Virus record (IMG/VR): IMGVR_UViG_3300011955_000032
Location: 47,239-67,238 of that record
Strand: one strand, 5' to 3'
DNA: 20,000 bases
Source of the DNA: an uncultured virus (IMG/VR IMGVR_UViG_3300011955_000032)
Lineage: Duplodnaviria > Heunggongvirae > Uroviricota > Caudoviricetes
Position 1 is the first letter of the stretch. Each line of letters begins with the position of its first letter. Shown piece after piece: positions 1 to 8,265 of the stretch. A program made the translations under genes and the position numbers. The notes below the pieces were generated by a model. The model made no database searches and had not been told where the DNA came from. It was given only the letters and a program-made list of their open reading frames with translations.

Positions 1-2
1 AC

Positions 3-3000
3 CGTCTGGGCCTGGAGACCGCCGAGACAGCCATGGCCAAGATCGGCACGGGCGCGACCACGGAGGTGCCGCTGTCGGCCCAGCGCCGCATTCTGGGCGG
101 CATGGTGTCCGAAGCGGTGCTCCAGGAACTGCCCCAGTCGGCTCAGGAGCAGATGTGGCAGAACTACGCCGACGGCAAGCCGCTCATGGAGGGCGTGGCC
201 CGGGCCAGCACGGAAGGCGCGATTGCGGGCGGCGTGATGGGGGCGGGCGCCAACGTGAGTGGCGGCGCAAACCGTCGCGCACGCCAGGCAGACCAGCAGG
301 GCCGCCAGCGCGCGGAGGATGCCGCAGCCAGTGCCAACCAGCTGGCCGAAGAGGCAAGCATCCAGAACTTGGCCGGGCAGCCGGTCAACCCCGTGGACCT
401 GGGCGCGCCCGCCAGCTTCGAGGACCTGGTGACTTCCAGGCCCCAGGCCGAGCCGGACCCCTACACGGCATGGGACCAGCAGGTGCAGGCTGGCGCACGT
501 ACCGCGCAGCCGGGTGCTGCTGCTCCTGCAAAGGCTGCTGGCCCTGCAGTGGACCCATTCACGGACTGGGATGAGCAGAACGCTGCGGTGCGTGAGTTCC
601 TCAGTCGCCCGCAGGATGCCCCCCAGCAGCGTCCAGACTACCTCGCCGAAGTCCAAGCCGCCGTGCGCAGCGGCACGCAGTTCTCCACCCAGCAGACGGT
701 GGACACGGTGCGCGATGCGATGGAGGACGCCTGGCTGGCTCAGAACGTGGGCGCTGATCCTGCGGGTGCGCCAGCCTCTGGTGCTGGGCTGCAGGCGGCA
801 GACGCCATGGGCGTGCAGCTGCAGGGCCAGTTCCAGCAGGCCAGCGAGGATGCCGGCATTGCCGCTGTGGACGCCCGAGTGCGCACCGGCCGCATTCTGT
901 CCGGGCTGCAGAACCTACTGGACGGCGGCGCCCAGAACACGGCCCAGGTGCTGGGCGGCCTGAACGAGGGCCTGGCCCGCATCAACGAGCAGCCGTTGGA
1001 CACCGCTGAGACGCAGCGCGTGCGCCGCATGGTGGACGCCTACATGGGATTCCGGGGTGTGGGTGAGCCTGCGCCGCTGCCGGCCGACCGCGCGCCAGCG
1101 GTGGACCCCTTCGCCGACAACGCCGCCATGGAAGCGCTGATCCCCCAGCGCCCGCTGCAGCGCCCCTCCGAGCGCATGGGCATCAACCCCGCAGACGGCC
1201 CGCTGTCGCGCGGCGCAGCGATGGCGGTGGATGCCGGCTTCGACGCCACCCAGCAGGCCACCCTGCAGGCCCAGGAGATCGCAAATGCCCAAGGTGCCCA
1301 GGCACAGGCTGCCGCCGTGGCCGCCCCAGCAGCCAATCCCCCAACCGGACCCGGCGCCCTGGAAGCCGCTGGGCCTGGCCCCCTGACCCAAACCACAGGA
1401 GCCACCTTTGCCCCGCAAGCCGATCAAGCCCAGCAAGCTGGCGCGCAACCTCCGCAAGCAACTGGAGCGCCAAGCGCGCCGGCTGCTGGTGCTGCTGCAG
1501 CGCAGGAAGGTCTGACCAATGCCAGCACCACGACTTTCAACGATGGCGCGCAAGGCGGCCCGGCGCCAGGCGCGCAAGGACAAGCGCAGGCAGCAGCTCC
1601 CCGCCCGGCCAACTGGCGATCCAGCGCGCTTCCTGCCGGCCGCGTGGCCCGGAGTCTGGGAATAGATCCCAAGGGGAAGAGGCTGGCGCAGATCCTGGCT
1701 GAGATCGATGCCGCTGATGCGGCGCGATCGAACCCCGTATCACCAGCGACGAGGGATGCACAGCTTGCCAAGCTGCGCGACGAATTGGGCGAGGGTGTGG
1801 GCACCTATGCGCAGAAGCTGGCGACAAGGTTGGGCGATGCGCGGTACAGCCTGATGCAGGCAGAGAGCCTGTCTCCTATGCAGCAGCGTCTTTCCGGCAG
1901 GAATCTGGCAGAAATTCGCGCAGAGATCGCGCGCTTGGAGAGCGCTGCCGAAAGTGCCACCTTGCTGGACGATATCGATTTGCGGGACGGCTTGAACCGC
2001 AGCATGCTGGCTGGCGCGCGACAAGAGCTGGATGCCAGCCCCCTCGGTAACCAAGATCGCTTGGCGGTTGCCTCGGCTGCCAGAGAGGCCGGAAATGCGG
2101 CAGATGCTGCTGCGACAGTGTTCGCAGCCGTGGATGGCGCTGAGACCCCCGCTCTTGCGCGCAAGCAAAGTCCTGATCCTCAGTTCAGCCGCGACATGCC
2201 CGAGGAGCTGGCCCGGGAGATCCGCAAACTGCGCCCACCTGTCTACCCGGCCACGAACGCCTCTGTGCGCCAGGCGGTCGGCCAGCTGGTCGGCAGCATG
2301 GGCATGCTGCCCAACCGCTTGGGCCGCATCGTGGTCACGACCTCGGATGACATCCGCGCCAACTGGGAGCCGCTGATCGGACCCGTGGCCATGGGTGCAG
2401 AGGGCGGCGGCAAGGCCCAGGGCTTCTACGATCCCAACACCAAGACCGTGTTCATCATCTCCGACCACATCGTGGCCGGCGACGAGCTGGGCGTGGTGGC
2501 GCACGAGCTGATGCACAAGCACGGGCCTGCGGTGCTGGGCGAGGAGGGGTGGAACCAGCTGCATGGCGCCATCGGCGGCTGGGCCAGTGCGCAGGAGGGA
2601 AGCCTGGAGCGACAGGTCTACAACGAGGCCGCCGCGCGCGTACGCGATTCCCAACCGGCCGTTGCAGATGCGCAAGCCTACTCGTCGCAGGAACTGTTCC
2701 CCTACGCCGTGCAGGTCGCGCTGGAGATGGGCGTGCGCCCCAATGCGCTGGCCAAGCCTGGCACCGTGGCGCGCTGGCTGGACCAGGTGCGCAAGGTGCT
2801 GCGCCAGGTCTGGGCCAAGATCGCCGGCAGCCGAAGTGACTTTGGCAGCCAGGACCTGGTGAACCTGGCCTTCGGCATTGCGCAGCGGGAAAACCCAGCA
2901 CATACAGGAGAACTGGATGGAGCCATTGCTTCGACTGCTGAATCGAGTGCCCAGCCAGAGCAGGCAGACGCCGCCTCCATGCCAGGGCAGGCCGGTGAGC

Positions 3001-6000
3001 GGAAAGATGAGCAGCGGGCGCGCATTCTTCAGGGGGATCCGATCCTGACCCTCACTGGCGAGGAAGCACCCCAAACCGGCATGCTGGCCGTGCGTCAGTG
3101 GGCAACGGAGCTATTTCGGCAGCAGGGTGGCAAGGCCGTGAACCCGGAAATCGGTGAGGTGACGCTGGATGGACGCTCGGTGCGCGATTCCATGGCGCAT
3201 GGAAAGCCTAACCCGTTCAAATACACAGCGTTTGCTGCAGTGAAGGACGTGCTGGAGAAGGGCGCTGTCGTGCTGTCCACCCAGCATGGCCGCGATGGCC
3301 AGAGCTTCTACGTGAGCGCGCCAGTGCGCATCAAGGGTGTGGACGACGTGGTCACCGTGCTGGTGCGCCGCGATCCGAATGACCAGCGCATGTACCTGCA
3401 CAGCGTGGCCACAAAAGAAAATCTCCTGAATCGTCGAGTTTCCGGGACTGACACCGCAGGCGGTGTGGAGCGATCCGGCTCATCCAATTCAGGAGACGGT
3501 TCGATAGTAGCGCAGCAGCAGCCCGCTGGCAAGTTGTCCTCTGAGGCGGTAGCCAATGAAATCAACAGGTTGTTGAAGAAGCCAGTGCAGTTCAGCCGAG
3601 CCGCGCCGGCCGCGCCCACGGCAAGCGACTACACCGCCGAGCAGGCCCGTGCCGCAGAGCATGCCTTCGGTGTCCAGGTGAAGCAGACCTGGGCCGAGCG
3701 TGCGCAGGCCATGCGCCAGAACTTCGGCACGCGGCTGCGCCAGGGACTGGTCGACCAGTTCGCACCCCTCAAGGAGATCAGCGAGAAGGCCTACATCCTG
3801 GCGCGCCTGTCCAAGGGCAGCGACGGTGCGGTGGAGGCGGCGCTACTCTACGGCAAGCCCTACCTGCGCGACGGCGTGGCCGACGTGGACATCAAGGACG
3901 GTGGATTCGCCAACGTGCTGGCCAGCCTCAAGGGCGAGCACGACCGGTTCTTCCAGTGGGTGGCCGCCCAGCGCGCGCAGCGCCTCAAGGCCGAAGGCAA
4001 GGAGAACCTGCTGACCGACCGCGACATCACAGCCCTGCGCTCGCTGGATGCCGGCCGCATGGCCGATGGCACGGCCCGCATGCCGCTGTACGCTGCAGCG
4101 CTGCGGGAGCTGAACGCCTTCAACGAGGCCAGCCTGAAGGTGGCTCGGGACTCCGGCCTGATCGACCAGGCCGCCTACGACCTCATGAAGGACCAGCCCT
4201 ATGTGCCGTTCTACCGCCTCATGGAAGAGGACGGCGGCATGCGCGGCCCGCGCTTCAGCTCCGGGCTGGTGAACCAGCAGGCCTGGAAGAAGCTCAAGGG
4301 CGGCACGCAGCAGCTCAATGCCGACCTGCTGCAGAACACGCTCATGAACTGGAGCCACCTGTATGCCGCCGCCGCGCGCAACCGGGCCTCCCTGGAGACC
4401 ATGGACGCGGCCGAGAAGCTTGGCGCTGCCGAGCGCGTGCCGGCGGACACCAAGGGCTCGGTGAAGGTCATGCGCAACGGCGTGGCCGAGCACTGGGCCA
4501 TAGAGGACCCGCTGCTGGTCGATGCCATCTCGGCCATGAGCTACACGCCCGGCGGCATCGTCAAGGCCATGGCGCCGTTCAAGCGCCTGCTGACCTTCGG
4601 CGTGACGGTGAACCCCACCTTCAAGATCCGTAACCTGATCCGCGACAGCCTTTCGGCCATCGCCCAGAGCGACCTGAGCTACAACCCGCTGGAGAACGTC
4701 GCCAAGGGCTGGAAGGCCACGTCCAAGAACAGCCAGACCTATGCCTCCATGCTGGCCAGCGGCGGCATCATCAAGTTCGGCACGCAGGAGAACACCAACC
4801 AGCTGCGTGGCCAGATCGAGCGCCTGGGCGGCACCATGCTGGACAAGCAGGGCTTCGACAAGCTCAAGGACCAGATGCGCTCTCTGTGGGAGGTGTATGA
4901 GGAATTCGGCGACCGCACCGAGAACGTGAACCGCACGGCGCTGTACGAACGCCTGCGCGCCAAGGGCCTGAGCCATGCCGAGGCCAGCTTCCAGGCCCGG
5001 GACCTGATGGACTTCAGCATGTCCGGCAAATGGGAGACGGTGCGTTTCCTGGCCCAGACCGTGCCCTTCCTGAACGCGCGCCTGCAGGGCCTGTACAAGC
5101 TGGGCCGCGCCGCCGGCGAAGACCCGCGCCGCTTCGCCGCCATGGCCGGCGCCGTGTCGCTGGCCAGCCTGGGCCTGCTGGCCGCCTATGCCGATGACGA
5201 CGACTGGAAGAAGCGCGAGGACTTCGACCGGGACAATTTCTGGTGGTTCAAGATCGGCGACAAGGCCTTCCGCATCCCCAAGCCCTTCGAGGTGGGCGCC
5301 ATCGGCACGGTGGCCGAGCGCACGGCCGAGCTGATGATGAGCGAGGAGATGACCGGCAAACGCTTCGGCCAGCGCATCAGCGACATGGTGTTCAACACCT
5401 TCGCCATGGACCCGACGCCCCAGGCCATCAAGCCTTTCTTGGACGTCTACGCCAACAAGGACAGCTTCAGCGGCCGGGCCATCGAGGGCATGGCCGACGA
5501 GCGCCTGCGCCCGCAGGACCGCTACAACGAGCGCACCTCGGAGGTGGCGCGCCTGCTGGGCTCCTGGGGCCTGCCGGACCCGGTGCGCCTGGCCAAGGGG
5601 GAGTACTCGGGCCTGAGCCCGAAACAGGTGGACTTCCTGCTGCGCGGGTACTTCGGCTGGCTGGCCACGGTGAGCACCACTGCCACGGACACCATCGCGC
5701 GCCCGATGCTGGACCGCGGCGAGCGGCCGGCCATGCGCTGGCGGGATGCCTTCGTCGCCGGCAACTTCGTCGAGGAACTGCCCACGGGCTCCAGCCGCTA
5801 CGTCACCACCATGTACGAGCAGGCCAAGGGCGTGGAGCAGGCTTGGGCCAGCCATCAGGCTGCGATCAAGTCCGGCGACGTGGAGCTGGCGCGCAGCATC
5901 CAGGAAGAGGAGGGGCCGAAGCTGCGCAACCGTATGGCCATCAACGCCGCCAAGCAGCAGATGGCCGAGCTGGGCCAGCGCGCCAAGAAGATCGAGGGGG

Positions 6001-6098
6001 ACCGCCTGATGAGTGGCGAGATCAAGCGAGAGCGCCTGACCCAGATCGAGCAGCAGCGCAACGCCATCGCGCAGCGCGTGGCGGGGCTCACAGACTGA
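3..6098 (+). CDS. Giant phage polyvalent / DNA-ejection-type protein (>2021 aa, 5'-truncated): Ala/Gln/Pro-rich N-part, zincin metallopeptidase-like domain, LPD3/BECR-like domain, LPD38-like C-terminal region
   Basis: Frame is open from nt 3 (RLGLETAETAM...), so ATG 33 is probably internal. QGFYDP...VAHELMH (HExxH at 2502-2516)...SQELFPY fits a zincin. 3021-3410 (NPEIGEVTLDGRSVRDSMAHG...FYVSAPVRI...RMYLHSV) resembles LPD3. ~5240-5800 (FWWFKIGDKAFRIPKPFEVG...SPKQVDFLLRGYFG) resembles LPD38. Strong GC3 codon bias. Confidence 0.85.
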   Translation, partial: RLGLETAETAMAKIGTGATTEVPLSAQRRILGGMVSEAVLQELPQSAQEQMWQNYADGKPLMEGVARASTEGAIAGGVMGAGANVSGGANRRARQADQQGRQRAEDAAASANQLAEEASIQNLAGQPVNPVDLGAPASFEDLVTSRPQAEPDPYTAWDQQVQAGARTAQPGAAAPAKAAGPAVDPFTDWDEQNAAVREFLSRPQDAPQQRPDYLAEVQAAVRSGTQFSTQQTVDTVRDAMEDAWLAQNVGADPAGAPASGAGLQAADAMGVQLQGQFQQASEDAGIAAVDARVRTGRILSGLQNLLDGGAQNTAQVLGGLNEGLARINEQPLDTAETQRVRRMVDAYMGFRGVGEPAPLPADRAPAVDPFADNAAMEALIPQRPLQRPSERMGINPADGPLSRGAAMAVDAGFDATQQATLQAQEIANAQGAQAQAAAVAAPAANPPTGPGALEAAGPGPLTQTTGATFAPQADQAQQAGAQPPQATGAPSAPAAGAAAAQEGLTNASTTTFNDGAQGGPAPGAQGQAQAAAPRPANWRSSALPAGRVARSLGIDPKGKRLAQILAEIDAADAARSNPVSPATRDAQLAKLRDELGEGVGTYAQKLATRLGDARYSLMQAESLSPMQQRLSGRNLAEIRAEIARLESAAESATLLDDIDLRDGLNRSMLAGARQELDASPLGNQDRLAVASAAREAGNAADAAATVFAAVDGAETPALARKQSPDPQFSRDMPEELAREIRKLRPPVYPATNASVRQAVGQLVGSMGMLPNRLGRIVVTTSDDIRANWEPLIGPVAMGAEGGGKAQGFYDPNTKTVFIISDHIVAGDELGVVAHELMHKHGPAVLGEEGWNQLHGAIGGWASAQEGSLERQVYNEAAARVRDSQPAVADAQAYSSQELFPYAVQVALEMGVRPNALAKPGTVARWLDQVRKVLRQVWAKIAGSRSDFGSQDLVNLAFGIAQRENPAHTGELDGAIASTAESSAQPEQADAASMPGQAGERKDEQRARILQGDPILTLTGEEAPQTGMLAVRQWATELFRQQGGKAVNPEIGEVTLDGRSVRDSMAHGKPNPFKYTAFAAVKDVLEKGAVVLSTQHGRDGQSFYVSAPVRIKGVDDVVTVLVRRDPNDQRMYLHSVATKENLLNRRVSGTDTAGGVERSGSSNSGDGSIVAQQQPAGKLSSEAVANEINRLLKKPVQFSRAAPAAPTASDYTAEQARAAEHAFGVQVKQTWAERAQAMRQNFGTRLRQGLVDQFAPLKEISEKAYILARLSKGSDGAVEAALLYGKPYLRDGVADVDIKDGGFANVLASLKGEHDRFFQWVAAQRAQRLKAEGKENLLTDRDITALRSLDAGRMADGTARMPLYAAALRELNAFNEASLKVARDSGLIDQAAYDLMKDQPYVPFYRLMEEDGGMRGPRFSSGLVNQQAWKKLKGGTQQLNADLLQNTLMNWSHLYAAAARNRASLETMDAAEKLGAAERVPADTKGSVKVMRNGVAEHWAIEDPLLVDAISAMSYTPGGIVKAMAPFKRLLTFGVTVNPTFKIRNLIRDSLSAIAQSDLSYNPLENVAKGWKATSKNSQTYASMLASGGIIKFGTQENTNQLRGQIERLGGTMLDKQGFDKLKDQMRSLWEVYEEFGDRTENVNRTALYERLRAKGLSHAEASFQARDLMDFSMSGKWETVRFLAQTVPFLNARLQGLYKLGRAAGEDPRRFAAMAGAVSLASLGLLAAYADDDDWKKREDFDRDNFWWFKIGDKAFRIPKPFEVGAIGTVAERTAELMMSEEMTGKRFGQRISDMVFNTFAMDPTPQAIKPFLDVYANKDSFSGRAIEGMADERLRPQDRYNERTSEVARLLGSWGLPDPVRLAKGEYSGLSPKQVDFLLRGYFGWLATVSTTATDTIARPMLDRGERPAMRWRDAFVAGNFVEELPTGSSRYVTTMYEQAKGVEQAWASHQAAIKSGDVELARSIQEEEGPKLRNRMAINAAKQQMAELGQRAKKIEGDRLMSGEIKRERLTQIEQQRNAIAQRVAGLTD
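3413..3431 (-). terminator. U-tract after the closing stem; likely intrinsic 3' end of the antisense RNA
   Basis: Minus strand reads ...ATTCAGGAGA-TTTTCTTTTG. A/T runs of this kind are rare in the GC-rich CDS. Confidence 0.5.
3413..3497 (-). ncRNA. Putative ~85-nt structured antisense small RNA inside the giant CDS
   Basis: Predicted +1 (~3497) coincides with the edge of a perfect 10-bp inverted repeat (tctcctgaat 3422-3431 / attcaggaga 3487-3496). This encloses an inner hairpin acaccg-cagg-cggtgt (3451-3466). On the minus strand the closing stem is followed by TTTTCTTTT (3421-3413). Confidence 0.6.
3504..3532 (-). promoter_or_regulatory. Intragenic antisense sigma70-like promoter (-35 TTGCCA, 17-nt spacer, -10 TACTAT)
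   Basis: Plus-strand tggcaa at 3527-3532 and atagta at 3504-3509, spaced by exactly 17 nt. -35 matches 5/6 and -10 matches 4/6 with TA...T conserved, in otherwise very GC-rich coding DNA. Confidence 0.7.
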
Positions 6099-6258
6099 TC
6101 GCGCCGCGCCGGATGAACTGCCAGATGAAGCCCACGGCGCCGAGCCCGAGGATGATCAGCCAGTAAGTCTCGATCATCGAGCGGCGCTCGGCGGGCGTGG
6201 TCAGCTTGAAGAAGAGGATGGCTGCGATCACGAGCAGCCAAAAGATGATGCCGGGCAT
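6088..6258 (-). CDS. Small 56-aa two-TM membrane protein (moron-like, candidate superinfection exclusion)
   Basis: MPGIIFWLLVIAAILFFKLTTPAERRSMIETYWLIILGLGAVGFIWQFIRRGAISL has two hydrophobic helices. It fills the gap between + strand genes, converges on the giant gene and has a promoter directly upstream. The ORF-track start at 6462 overlaps the next gene and is unlikely. Confidence 0.75.
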   Translation of the reverse strand: MPGIIFWLLVIAAILFFKLTTPAERRSMIETYWLIILGLGAVGFIWQFIRRGAISL

Positions 6259-6264
6259 GGAGAC

Positions 6265-6293
6265 ATGGTAGGGGCCGGCGCGTGCCGTCGCAA
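6265..6293 (-). promoter_or_regulatory. sigma70-like promoter for the small membrane gene (-35 TTGCGA, 17 nt, -10 TACCAT), leaderless
   Basis: Plus-strand tcgcaa 6288-6293 and atggta 6265-6270 with a 17-nt spacer. The -10 box ends 6 nt before the ATG at 6258 and there is no SD. Confidence 0.65.
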
Positions 6294-6311
6294 TCCTCAC
6301 TGCGTGGCACA

Positions 6312-6361
6312 CCCCCGCCCAAGGTTCGACCCAAACGCGCGCACCCGGGAGACTGCGGTGC
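6312..6361 (+). promoter_or_regulatory. Late-promoter-like motif copy 1 (CCCCCG-ccc-AAGGTTCG-N20-GAGACT-N7-ATG)
   Basis: Same motif and identical spacing to the ATG as copies at 14597 and 17384. Confidence 0.75.
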
Positions 6362-7036
6362 ATGGACTCAATCCTCCACGACACCTGGCAAGGCTCCGGC
6401 AGCATCCACGGCCACGTCCCGGACCAGGGCGGCGGCAACTGGGTGCACCAGGACCTGACCACCTACCCGGCGAACACGACCATCGTGGCCGGCGGGAAGG
6501 GTTCGCTTGTGAACCCCGATGGACTGGTGTACGTGGACTATTTCATGCCCATGCCGACGGGTATGGATACCTTCGCGGCTGAATTCGAGTTCTTGTCCGA
6601 GCCTGATTCGGACGTGAGCGGTACAGAGTTCGGTGCGACGGTGGGCCTGGTAAATGCCGCCGCCGAGGTGGCGCTGCGCGTGGGCGGGTATTACTACTCC
6701 TATCCCGGCAATGCGAACTACGACCCACCGAAGTTCAACGCCTTGGTGCTGGGCGAGGAATACACGGGCCAGGAGGTCGAGGTCTCGCGCCCGGTTCCGG
6801 GTGGCACACGCGTCGTCAAGCTGATGCTGAGCGCGGCCAGCCAGACGGTGACGTTCGATGGCGAGGTGGTGCTGTCTGCGACAGAGGCCGTGCCTGCGGA
6901 TGTGCAGCAGCTGTACCTGTCGTTCAAGCTGCTGGGCCGGCATTCGGTCAAGAAGGTCACCGTCACGGGGGGCGGCGAGAAGCCGTTCTGGACGGGCTTT
7001 CGGCGCACTGCCGAGGTGTCGGAGGTGACGCCATGA
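6362..7036 (+). CDS. Hypothetical virion-associated protein, 224 aa, beta-rich (possibly lectin/ConA-like)
   Basis: Follows the conserved motif and is ATGA-coupled to the next gene. Alternating beta-strand pattern. Fold assignment is a guess. Confidence 0.7.
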   Translation: MDSILHDTWQGSGSIHGHVPDQGGGNWVHQDLTTYPANTTIVAGGKGSLVNPDGLVYVDYFMPMPTGMDTFAAEFEFLSEPDSDVSGTEFGATVGLVNAAAEVALRVGGYYYSYPGNANYDPPKFNALVLGEEYTGQEVEVSRPVPGGTRVVKLMLSAASQTVTFDGEVVLSATEAVPADVQQLYLSFKLLGRHSVKKVTVTGGGEKPFWTGFRRTAEVSEVTP

Positions 7037-8265
7037 CGGGGCAGAACAAGGCGCTGGGCCCGTGGCCCCTGGGTGTGGACAACCGCAAGGCAGACCATGC
7101 GCTGACGCAGGCCCAGGGCAATGTCGTGGTGGATCTGCTGCGCAGTGCCACGAACGTGGACATCACGGACGAGGGGCGGCTGCGGCGGCGCGCGGGCTTT
7201 GCCCTGTCATTGGCCGGCGAGAACGTGCATTCGCTGTGGTCGGATGGTGGCTCGGTGGGCTTCTGCGCCTCTGGCCAGCGCCTGCTGCAGCTCGATGAGC
7301 AGCTGGTGGCCACCGAAGTCCGTGACGACCTCATCCCCGGCCAGCCGCTGTCCTTCTGCGAAGCAGGCGGCACCTACTTCTACACCGGCGGCGGCCAGCT
7401 CGGCATGGTGCGCGACGGCGCGCGCCTGGACTTCACGCCAGCGCCGCGCGTCGTTCCGGCCCTGGACATCATCGCTGGCGCGCTGCCCGTCGGCCGGTAT
7501 CAGCTGTGCTTTACGCACCTGGGCCCTGGCGGCGAGTCGGCGGCCACGCCCATCCAGGAGATCGAGCTGGCCGAGCCGGGCGGCATCTCCATCAGCACGA
7601 TCCCGGCGGCCGAGACGCTGCTGGTCTACATGACCGGGCCTGACGGCGAGGTGCTGGGCAGGGTGGGGCGCGTGGACGGCATGCTGGACATCGTGGCGCC
7701 GCCGGCCCTGGGCGCGCGCTGCCAGACCGTGAACCTGGCGCCCATGCCGGCCGGCTCCATCGTGCGCTTCAGCAATGGTCGGCTGCTGGTGGCTGCCGGC
7801 AACCTGCTGGTCTACAGCGAGCCCTTCGGCCTGGGCCTGACCAACCCCAGCAAGAACTACATCCCGTTCCCGGCCCCGATCACCGTCGTGGAGCCCTGCG
7901 GCACCGGCGTGTTCGTCGCGGCCGACAAGACTTATTGGATCGAGGGCGAGATCACCCAGGCCTCGCTGGTGGTGCGGCTGCCTTATGGCGGCGTGGCCGG
8001 CTCAGGCACGCGCGATCCACTCTCACCCGAGACCGCGCTGTGGATCTCGGAGCGCGGCCTGGTGGTGGGCACGGCGGACGGCACGGCCACGGCGGTGCAG
8101 GAGCCCCGTCTTCTCCTGGCCGGCGGCGCGGCCGGCGCAACCCTGCGCCGCGAGCGCGAAGGCATGCAGCACGTTGTGACCGCGGTGCGCGACCCCATGG
8201 GCGTGACCGGGGCCTGCAGCAGCTATTTCGAGGCAGAGATCATCAGAAAGGGATCACGCAAATGA
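7033..8265 (+). CDS. Phage tail/virion structural protein, 410 aa (beta-propeller-like)
   Basis: ggaggtg SD, ATGA overlaps at both ends, strong GC3 bias. The N-terminal GVDNR...NVDITDEGRLRRRAG and later LVYSEPF patterns recall podovirus tail-hub proteins. Confidence 0.7.
   Translation: MTGQNKALGPWPLGVDNRKADHALTQAQGNVVVDLLRSATNVDITDEGRLRRRAGFALSLAGENVHSLWSDGGSVGFCASGQRLLQLDEQLVATEVRDDLIPGQPLSFCEAGGTYFYTGGGQLGMVRDGARLDFTPAPRVVPALDIIAGALPVGRYQLCFTHLGPGGESAATPIQEIELAEPGGISISTIPAAETLLVYMTGPDGEVLGRVGRVDGMLDIVAPPALGARCQTVNLAPMPAGSIVRFSNGRLLVAAGNLLVYSEPFGLGLTNPSKNYIPFPAPITVVEPCGTGVFVAADKTYWIEGEITQASLVVRLPYGGVAGSGTRDPLSPETALWISERGLVVGTADGTATAVQEPRLLLAGGAAGATLRREREGMQHVVTAVRDPMGVTGACSSYFEAEIIRKGSRK

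Noticed and set aside
1740..3074. 444-aa minus-strand ORF
   Set aside because: Shadow of the giant CDS, whose + frame carries the HExxH domain.
3413..3497. Canonical tRNA gene
   Set aside because: Size and end-pairing are tRNA-like, but there is no GTTC T-loop, no 7-nt anticodon loop and no CCA. Kept only as an unclassified structured RNA.
3498..3503. Extra GGTTCG hits (3498, ~10152) as further late-promoter copies
   Set aside because: They lack the upstream CCCCCG and a gene start 39 nt downstream, and lie within CDSs.
3843..5855. 670-aa minus-strand ORF
   Set aside because: Antisense shadow of the high-GC3 giant gene, with no recognisable motifs and typical shadow composition.
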